Positions 5,982-11,706 of a stretch of 11,706 nt of DNA are shown here, in pieces (within the stretch, counting starts at the first letter, position 1; each line of letters starts with the position of its first letter). The stretch comes from FCB group bacterium (lineage in GTDB: Bacteria; Hydrogenedentota; Hydrogenedentia; Hydrogenedentales; SLHB01), in NCBI GenBank assembly GCA_034004565.1, contig JAVEWL010000099.1, positions 1 to 11,706 on the forward strand. Reading direction: 5' to 3'. The position numbers were made by a program, and so were the translations under genes. The notes below the pieces were generated by a model. That model was not told where the DNA came from. It did no database searches and saw nothing but the letters and a program-made list of their open reading frames with translations.

Positions 5982-7661
5982 TTAGGCTTGGGCGGTGGGG
6001 GTGATGGGGTCCGCCTTGGGTGTTTCGGGGACGGGGGTCAGGGTGCCGTTCTCGGTGAATTTCACGAGGGTTTCGGGGAGTTCGATGCCGCCGATGTCTT
6101 TCATGACCTGGAGCATGGGCGGCAGGGTGCGGGCGAAACCTTGCAGGAAGTTTGAGGTGACGCTGGTGCCGTTGTTGGCGCCGTTTTCCCAGACGATGAC
6201 CTTATCGAACTTGATGTTCGAGATGGCTTTCGCGGCGGTTTCGGCGAGGTTGTCGAGGTGCTCGAGCATGAGTAGCTTGAAGGCCTGGTCGGAGCCGCCG
6301 GCGGCTTTGATAATGGCGTGGAGGCCTTCGCCCTTCTTGGCGAGGATTTCGTATTGGCCTCGGGCCTCGGCTTCGAGCTTGGCGAAGATGGCGGACGCCT
6401 CGCCCTGAGCTTCGATGCGGCGGCGTTCGGCGTCGGCTTCGGCCTCGACGATGGTGCGGGCCTTGTCGGCCTTGGCGGGGGCTTCGACCTCGGCACGGCG
6501 CTCGGCTTCGACCTTCTCGGCCTCGGCCAATGCGGCACGGGCCAGTGCGTGGTTCTGGGCTTCGAGCACAGCGGCCTCGGCTTCGCGCTTGCGCGTCTCG
6601 CCCAACTGGTAGGCCTCGGCCTGCTTGACCTGGAGGGCGGCGGTGGAGGCGGCGACGCGCGCCTTGGCCTCGTTCTCGCCTTCGACGGCCAAGGCGTTGG
6701 CGCTGGACTGGCGCACGTTGAGTTGCGCGTTGGCGTCGGCGACGTGGGCCTGGGATTCGTTTTCGCCGGCGACGGCCTTGGCGTTGGCCTCGGCGATGGC
6801 GATACGCATCTTGCGCTCTTCTTCTTTGACTTGCGCGTCGCGGGCGTAGACGGCGGCCTGCTCGGCGACCTTCTGTTCGCGGTCGAGTTCGGCGATGCGG
6901 ACGGCCTGATCACGCTCGGCCTCGCGCATGCCGATTTCGCGCATCTTGCTGGCGCTGGCGACTTGCACGACCTTTTCGCGGTCGGCTTCGGCCACGCGGA
7001 CCTCGCCGAGCTTGACCTGCTCGGCCACGTCGCCGCGGGCCTGCTGGATGGCCTGCGAGGCGGCCTTTTGTCCGATAGCCTCGATGTAGCCTGAGGCGTC
7101 GGTGATATCGGTGATGTTCACGTTGATCAGCACGAGGCCGATCTTGCGCAACTCGGGTTCGACCGAGTTCTGGATGTTGGCGAGGAAGCTTTCGCGGTCG
7201 CGGTTGATGTCTTCGATGTGCATCATCGCGATGACCTGCCGGAGCTGCCCGAAGATGATGTCTTCGGCCTGCTTCTTGATCATGTGCGTGTCGAGGCCGA
7301 GCAAACGGATAGCGGCATTTTGCATGACTTCCGGCTCGGTGCCGATCGCGACGGTAAAGACGCTGGGCACGTTCACGCGGATGTTCTCGCTCGACAGCGC
7401 GTCCTTGAGCGGCACTTCGATCTGGATCGGTTCGAGGCTGAGGTAGGCGTAGTCCTGGATCAGCGGGATGACGAAGGAGGCGCCGCCGTGGATCGTGGTA
7501 CAGGATTTGCCGCCGCCCACTTTGCCGTAGACCACGAGGACCCGGTTGCTCGGGCAGCGCTTGTAGCGCTTGGCGAGGAGCAACACGAATCCGGTGAATA
7601 GCACCAGTACGATAACGGCAAGCATTACCGCGAATGGGTTGGCCATGATGCTGTTAGGCAT
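5982..7661 (-). CDS. floT: Flotillin-family protein (SPFH/band-7 domain, FloT/YuaG-like), 559 aa.
   Basis: An N-terminal TM helix (FAVMLAVIVLVLFTGFVLLLA) is followed by an SPFH domain and a long Ala/Glu-rich coiled-coil (EA repeat region). The C-terminal tail is as in long flotillins. A strong SD AGGGAGGAG lies ~10 nt upstream of ATG 7659-7661 and the gene is paired with an upstream NfeD. The symbol is by analogy to B. subtilis floT, not an orthology claim. Confidence 0.88.
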   Translation of the reverse strand: MPNSIMANPFAVMLAVIVLVLFTGFVLLLAKRYKRCPSNRVLVVYGKVGGGKSCTTIHGGASFVIPLIQDYAYLSLEPIQIEVPLKDALSSENIRVNVPSVFTVAIGTEPEVMQNAAIRLLGLDTHMIKKQAEDIIFGQLRQVIAMMHIEDINRDRESFLANIQNSVEPELRKIGLVLINVNITDITDASGYIEAIGQKAASQAIQQARGDVAEQVKLGEVRVAEADREKVVQVASASKMREIGMREAERDQAVRIAELDREQKVAEQAAVYARDAQVKEEERKMRIAIAEANAKAVAGENESQAHVADANAQLNVRQSSANALAVEGENEAKARVAASTAALQVKQAEAYQLGETRKREAEAAVLEAQNHALARAALAEAEKVEAERRAEVEAPAKADKARTIVEAEADAERRRIEAQGEASAIFAKLEAEARGQYEILAKKGEGLHAIIKAAGGSDQAFKLLMLEHLDNLAETAAKAISNIKFDKVIVWENGANNGTSVTSNFLQGFARTLPPMLQVMKDIGGIELPETLVKFTENGTLTPVPETPKADPITPTAQA

Positions 7662-8250
7662 GAATCGGGGTCTCCTCCCTTACGCACTCCACTTCCACCG
7701 TGTTGGGGCCTACGATGCCCACAACAACCACGGGCACGCCCGTGGGTATGCTTTCCTTCGAGGTGGTGACGGCCTGGCATTCGACGGTACGGCTTTGCAG
7801 GTTGAGAAAAACCTTGCCTGCGCCCGCGTGGCCGGCGGGTACGGTGAGGTAGACCGTGCCCTGGTGTCCGACGGCGCGCTCGATGTGGACCGTGCCGTCG
7901 TCGCGCAGGCCCATCATGAATCGCATGACCCAGGCGACGGCGAAGAGGGCCACCGCTCCCGCGGCCAAGGCCATCAAGATGGTGGTGGCGTCGGACACGC
8001 CGGCGGTTTTCGCGGACAGGCCCGTGAGGCCGAAGATGGCCAGCGCGGCCGTGACGGTGCGGAAACTGAGTACGCTGAAGAAGTGAGAGCCTTCGCCGTG
8101 GTCGACGTGATCCGTGTCGACGTGGACGTCGCCTCCGAGGTCGTGGACCTCGCCGTCGAAGTCGTGGCCCATTCCGGTGAGGGTCATCACGAATTGCACG
8201 AGCACGATGACTGACCCCACGATGGCGCACACCATGAAGATCGCGGTCAT
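7654..8250 (-). CDS. NfeD-family membrane protein (short YuaF-like form), ~198 aa, partner of flotillin.
   Basis: Three TM helices precede a C-terminal OB-fold-like beta region (GTVYLTVPAGHAGAGKVFLNLQSRTVECQAVTT...VVVVGIVGPNTVEVECV). It overlaps the flotillin start by 8 nt. The start is chosen at MTAIF (ATG 8248-8250), which has GGGGAG 9 nt upstream. ATG 8257-8259 is an alternative start. The 227-aa track ORF has an unlikely N-terminal extension. Confidence 0.8.
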   Translation of the reverse strand: MTAIFMVCAIVGSVIVLVQFVMTLTGMGHDFDGEVHDLGGDVHVDTDHVDHGEGSHFFSVLSFRTVTAALAIFGLTGLSAKTAGVSDATTILMALAAGAVALFAVAWVMRFMMGLRDDGTVHIERAVGHQGTVYLTVPAGHAGAGKVFLNLQSRTVECQAVTTSKESIPTGVPVVVVGIVGPNTVEVECVREETPIHA

Positions 8251-8505
8251 AGATGCCATCTCCCCTGTCTGCCGTCGCAGAAACCGGACGCCGCAAACGC
8301 TGCACGCCTTGGGTCCTGGCGAACACGCAGCCAACACGAGTATCAGTGTAAACCATTTGCGGGGAAATTGGCAGTCGGTTGGGTCAACGCTCCGGGCGGT
8401 TTCGAGCGCGGAACAGAAGGAACCGTTTTGCGGCTCCGAGTATAGTAGGCAACGTCCGGCACAGACGCAGAATACGCAAAGGTTTGTTTTTTGGGGGGAT
8501 TCTCG
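8251..8505. promoter_or_regulatory. Divergent intergenic/promoter region between the NfeD-flotillin operon (-) and the ICMT-DUF218 gene (+).
   Basis: A 255-bp non-coding gap lies between two divergently oriented starts. No specific -35/-10 elements could be assigned with confidence. Confidence 0.3.
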
Positions 8506-9666
8506 ATGGCGGTGCTGCTATTTCGCGTGGTGCCGGGGTTGTTCTTTCTGTTGTACCTGATCCTGCTGGCGGTTCAGGGGGCGCGCTGGTCCGTTTGTGC
8601 TCGTATTCTAACTTGCTCGGGGTGGCGCGATCGCGTGGCGTGCGGACTGTTTGCGCTGGGGCACGTTCCGGCGGCGTTGTACTTCAGCGGCCGGACGCTG
8701 GATCCGTTCTATGTGCACGTTCCGGTGGTGCTGCGCATGGGCGGACTCGCGCTGTACATGCTGGGGATGGTGCTGCTGCTCTGGGCGTACGTGACGCTCG
8801 GCAGGAACTGGTCGCCGCTGCTTGAAATCCGGAAGGGACATACCCTCACCACGTTCGGGCCGTACCGCTACGTGCGGCATCCGATGTACATCGCGCTTGG
8901 GGGGATTGGACTCGGCATGCTGGTTTTGTCCGCGAATGCGCTGGTGGGGCCTGCCTTCCTTATTACGTACGTTTTCCGGGTCTTTCGTGTCGGCGCCGAA
9001 GAGGACATGCTCCGGGATCATTTCGGCGGTGACTTTCAGGCGTACGTGGGACGGACGGACCGTTTCGTTCCGCGCGTTGTGAGCAGGATCGCCGGGAGAC
9101 GCTGGGCCCGCGCAACAGCGGCAATGGTATTGGCGGCCCTGCTCCTGGGTTGTGGAGCGATTGTACGAGCGGGTCTTTCGGACGAGATTCAGAAGGCGGA
9201 TGTGGCGGTCGTGCTGGGGTGTCGTGTGTATACCAATGGCGAGCCCGGCCACTCGTTGAAATCCCGGCTCAACGCGACCGTTCGCCTGTACCGCCAGGGA
9301 TGGTTTCCGGAGATTGTCGTGAGCGGTGGAATGGGCCGCAACAATCAGGATGAAGCGACCATCATGCGGCGCTACCTTGTCGCGCACGGCGTCCCGGCCG
9401 AGCGCATTCACACCGACAGCGAGGGCGTGAACACGCGCGCCACGGCCTTGCACGCGGCCGAGTTCCTGCGGCGGCGCGGCCTGAAGAGCGCCATGGTCAT
9501 CACGCAGTTCTACCACGTGCCGCGTGCGCAGATGGCCTTGCGCGAGGCGGGCGTCAAGACCGTGTATGGCGCGCACGCACGGTATTTCTCGTGGCACGAT
9601 GCCTATGCGGTTCCGCGCGAGTTGGCGGCGATTCTGTGGTACCGCCTGCGCGAGGCCGTGGCGTAG
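8506..9666 (+). CDS. Fusion membrane protein with an N-terminal isoprenylcysteine carboxyl methyltransferase (ICMT)/phospholipid-methyltransferase-like domain and a C-terminal DUF218 (YdcF/SanA/ElyC-like) domain, ~386 aa.
   Basis: The ICMT-family signature is ...LTTFGPYRYVRHPMYIALGG...EEDMLRDHFGGDFQAYVGRTDRFVP. An extra TM helix precedes a DUF218 signature (AVVLGCRV...LKSRLNATVRLYRQGWFPEIVVSGGMG...DEATIMRRYLVAHGVPAERIHTDSEGVNTRATA...MVITQFYHVPRAQMAL). The start is taken at ATG 8506 (MAVLLF), preceded by a GGGGGG run. The track's 8491 start is a TTG and would add 5 aa. Confidence 0.8.
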   Translation: MAVLLFRVVPGLFFLLYLILLAVQGARWSVCARILTCSGWRDRVACGLFALGHVPAALYFSGRTLDPFYVHVPVVLRMGGLALYMLGMVLLLWAYVTLGRNWSPLLEIRKGHTLTTFGPYRYVRHPMYIALGGIGLGMLVLSANALVGPAFLITYVFRVFRVGAEEDMLRDHFGGDFQAYVGRTDRFVPRVVSRIAGRRWARATAAMVLAALLLGCGAIVRAGLSDEIQKADVAVVLGCRVYTNGEPGHSLKSRLNATVRLYRQGWFPEIVVSGGMGRNNQDEATIMRRYLVAHGVPAERIHTDSEGVNTRATALHAAEFLRRRGLKSAMVITQFYHVPRAQMALREAGVKTVYGAHARYFSWHDAYAVPRELAAILWYRLREAVA

Positions 9667-9779
9667 TGAGATGCGGGTTCAAGCGCAGAGGCACTTTTTT
9701 GCGGGCGGCAGGTTTCGTGAAATGCAGGGACTGCACGGACGAAAGAGTTGGCATGGCGCTTTGGGCTCCCCTCACCTTG

Positions 9780-9801
9780 CCCCTCTCCCCAGGGAGAGGG
9801 G
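9780..9801. other. Stable GC-rich hairpin (9-bp stem cccctctcc / ggagagggg, loop ccag) in the convergent intergenic region. A related imperfect hairpin lies at ~9853-9890.
   Basis: Read directly. No U-tract follows on either strand, so this is not a canonical intrinsic terminator. It may be a REP-like element or an mRNA 3'-end stabiliser. Confidence 0.3.
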
Positions 9802-9903
9802 ACAAGACTCCAGCAGGTTGTAGCGAGAGGGTACACGCGTAGTCAGGTGACCTTCTCCCCCAACAGGCTTTCTTGCCTTTGGGAGAGGGTATTTGTAGAG
9901 GGC

Positions 9904-11703
9904 CTATTGTTTTGTTGGGTGAAGTTCCCGGACGTTTACCCTGTTGGGGTCGGGCAGGGGATCGTTGCCGAGGGGGATCACGGGACGGGCGTCGGGCGCC
10001 TGCTGGATGTGGTACCGCTGCTTGCCGTCCGGTCCCACGGCACCTGTGGCGTAGACGGGGGTGACGTAGGGGCTTTTTGCGATGTTCTTGTCCTGCACTT
10101 GTATGCGAAGGTCGTTGGTCTTCATTCCCTTCGGAACGACGATGATGCCTTCGGCGTAAATGGGGCTGGACATGGCGGCCACCTTCACGCTGCCATAGGG
10201 CGAGCCGGGTTCGGCGGGTTCGACGACGCGCATGCGATAGACGGAATAGGCTTCGGGCTTTTGCGGCACTTTTGCGACGACGCTTTCCTCGTCGATGCGC
10301 CTGGAGAAGATGGGGAGTCCGTTGTAGAGGATCTCGAGCTTCTTTCCTTTGGCGTTGCTTACGCCGGCGATCAGATCGACGGCCACGCCGATGGGCACGG
10401 CGCCGCCCATTCCGACGTCGACGGTTCCGTCGCGCATGGCGTCGGCGTCGAAGGCGACCTGTGGCCCGTCCAGCCCGGATGACACGAAGGTGCGGCCCTG
10501 GCGGAGTCCATCGATGACGCCTTTGACCGACTTTTCGTCCGCGAGGATGTAGGTGACGGGTTGCGCCATGGGAACCTTTGGCGAGCCGGTCATGCTGCCG
10601 GCAATGGGCGCTTCCTTGCGGCCTTGCACGAGTTCGTAGTCCCAGAAGAGGGCGGCCTGGCCGTTTGCGGACAGATTTCTGGTGGCCACCGCGGCCGCGA
10701 TGGAGTGGATGAGATCGTTCTTTCTGGTCTTGGCTTTCAAGTCTCCGGGAAGCGTTTCCAGCGAGGCGGGGGGGACGCGGTTCCATTCGCGGCACCACAC
10801 CTGGGTGGCGTTGGCATAGGGCACGTAGAGCTTCCAGCCGGTTTCCGGAAAGCAGGGGTGGGCGATGGCGAAGATGCCGCCCTGGGCCTGTGTCAGGCGC
10901 GCCACGGCTTGCGCGTGTGTGTGTGTGCTGGCGGAATCGGGAAAGGTCTGAGGGCCGTAAATCAAGGCGTACCCGCGCTTGGGATCGCCCCAGGCCAATG
11001 CGGGAATCAGCACCACCGATTTCGAGGTGAACTCGGGATCGGCTGCCGCCTCGAGGGTATTGGGATCGGCGATGGCGAGGAAGTCCAGGTTCAGGGCTTC
11101 GGCGCGCCGGACGAGTTCGCCCACACTTTCGGTGCCTTGCCCATACTTCGATTGGGCATGGAGTTCGCCGCGCAGCCATTGTTTCTTCTTGTTCAGCGGT
11201 TGCGAGGGAAAGGTCATTTTCTCCCGGCCGGGAATGCTGGCCGGATCTTCGGGGTTGGTGCCCGCCTCGATCTCGGCGCGATCGATTGCCATGTCGAAGT
11301 CGCGGTCGAAGTCTCGCAGCATTCGTTTGCCCGCGGCGCCTTCCACTACGGAATACGTAATGGGCACGGTCTTTCCCGCGGCAATGTTGATGTCCATCGC
11401 GGTTACCATCAACGGGATTCCGTCTTCGATGGCGTAGACATATGCGCGGTGCGCGCCCGCGGGAAGGGCGCCCTGGCCCGTGCCCTTGGATACGGGAATG
11501 GTAGCCACTCTTTTATTCCCGTCGTAAACCTCGACACGGCCGTCCAAGGCGGTGTTGGCAATATTGGTGAGTGCGACCGACAGGGATCCGGTGTTATTGC
11601 CGGCGGGGCCGTTCTGAGCGGCCACCCGTGTGCACGGCACAACGAAGATTATGCAATGCAGAACTGTAAGTGTTCTTCTCACCTTGGATTGCCCCTTTCC
11701 CAT
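9904..11703 (-). CDS. Secreted PHP-domain (CehA/McbA-family-like) metal-dependent phosphoesterase/hydrolase, 599 aa. The start codon lies at the window edge.
   Basis: A signal-peptide-like N-terminus (RRTLTVLHCIIFVVPCTRVAAQ) precedes an acidic DRDFDMAIDRAE (Ca-binding-like) motif. A PHP-like motif block follows (WLRGELHAQSKYGQGTESVGELVRRAEALNLDFLAIADPNT ... IFAIAHPCFPETGW). ATG 11701-11703 leaves only 3 nt of upstream context, so the true start cannot be verified. Confidence 0.6.
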   Translation of the reverse strand: MGKGQSKVRRTLTVLHCIIFVVPCTRVAAQNGPAGNNTGSLSVALTNIANTALDGRVEVYDGNKRVATIPVSKGTGQGALPAGAHRAYVYAIEDGIPLMVTAMDINIAAGKTVPITYSVVEGAAGKRMLRDFDRDFDMAIDRAEIEAGTNPEDPASIPGREKMTFPSQPLNKKKQWLRGELHAQSKYGQGTESVGELVRRAEALNLDFLAIADPNTLEAAADPEFTSKSVVLIPALAWGDPKRGYALIYGPQTFPDSASTHTHAQAVARLTQAQGGIFAIAHPCFPETGWKLYVPYANATQVWCREWNRVPPASLETLPGDLKAKTRKNDLIHSIAAAVATRNLSANGQAALFWDYELVQGRKEAPIAGSMTGSPKVPMAQPVTYILADEKSVKGVIDGLRQGRTFVSSGLDGPQVAFDADAMRDGTVDVGMGGAVPIGVAVDLIAGVSNAKGKKLEILYNGLPIFSRRIDEESVVAKVPQKPEAYSVYRMRVVEPAEPGSPYGSVKVAAMSSPIYAEGIIVVPKGMKTNDLRIQVQDKNIAKSPYVTPVYATGAVGPDGKQRYHIQQAPDARPVIPLGNDPLPDPNRVNVRELHPTKQ

Positions 11704-11706
11704 GCT

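Noticed and set aside
6360-6960. Highly repetitive DNA (gcctcggcttcg.., gccttggcctcg.. motifs) that might look like a repeat array or CRISPR.
   Set aside because: It lies entirely within the flotillin coding sequence. It encodes the Ala/Glu-rich coiled-coil (EAxxA heptads) on the minus strand, and it has no constant-length repeats or unique spacers.
8491-8505. TTG start at 8491 for the ICMT-DUF218 gene, as in the ORF track.
   Set aside because: An in-frame ATG at 8506, immediately after a G-rich stretch, is a more conventional start. The difference is only 5 aa and cannot be resolved from sequence alone.
9646-9704. Candidate intrinsic terminator for the ICMT-DUF218 gene (ctgcgc...gcgcag stem followed by T6).
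   Set aside because: The stem is only 6 bp with a ~32-nt loop, and the T-run is 10 nt away from it. This is too weak to call a terminator with confidence.

Overview
GC-rich (~63-65%) bacterial chromosomal segment. (1) A five-gene tetrapyrrole operon on the minus strand runs sirC-like, HemX/CcsA-like membrane protein, hemA, hemC, then a fused cobA-hemD (44..5229). All four internal junctions are 4-nt ATGA stop/start overlaps. (2) A ~610-bp non-coding composite palindrome (5316..5925) has ~185-bp inverted arms, a nested inner inverted repeat, several short tandem repeats and a recurring ~20-nt motif. A truncated further copy of its tail occupies bases 1-43, so the hem operon is bracketed by this repeat family. 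(3) An NfeD-flotillin (SPFH) operon lies at 5982..8250 (minus). It is transcribed divergently from a gene fusing an isoprenylcysteine-carboxyl-methyltransferase-like membrane domain to a DUF218 (YdcF/SanA/ElyC-like) domain (8506..9666). (4) A secreted PHP-domain (CehA/McbA-like) metallohydrolase gene (9904..11703, minus) has its start at the window edge. No CRISPR array, rRNA/tRNA, transposase or recognisable defence genes were found. The item most worth follow-up is the palindromic multi-copy repeat with iteron-like motifs. Many long alternative-frame ORFs in the six-frame track are GC-driven shadows and were rejected.
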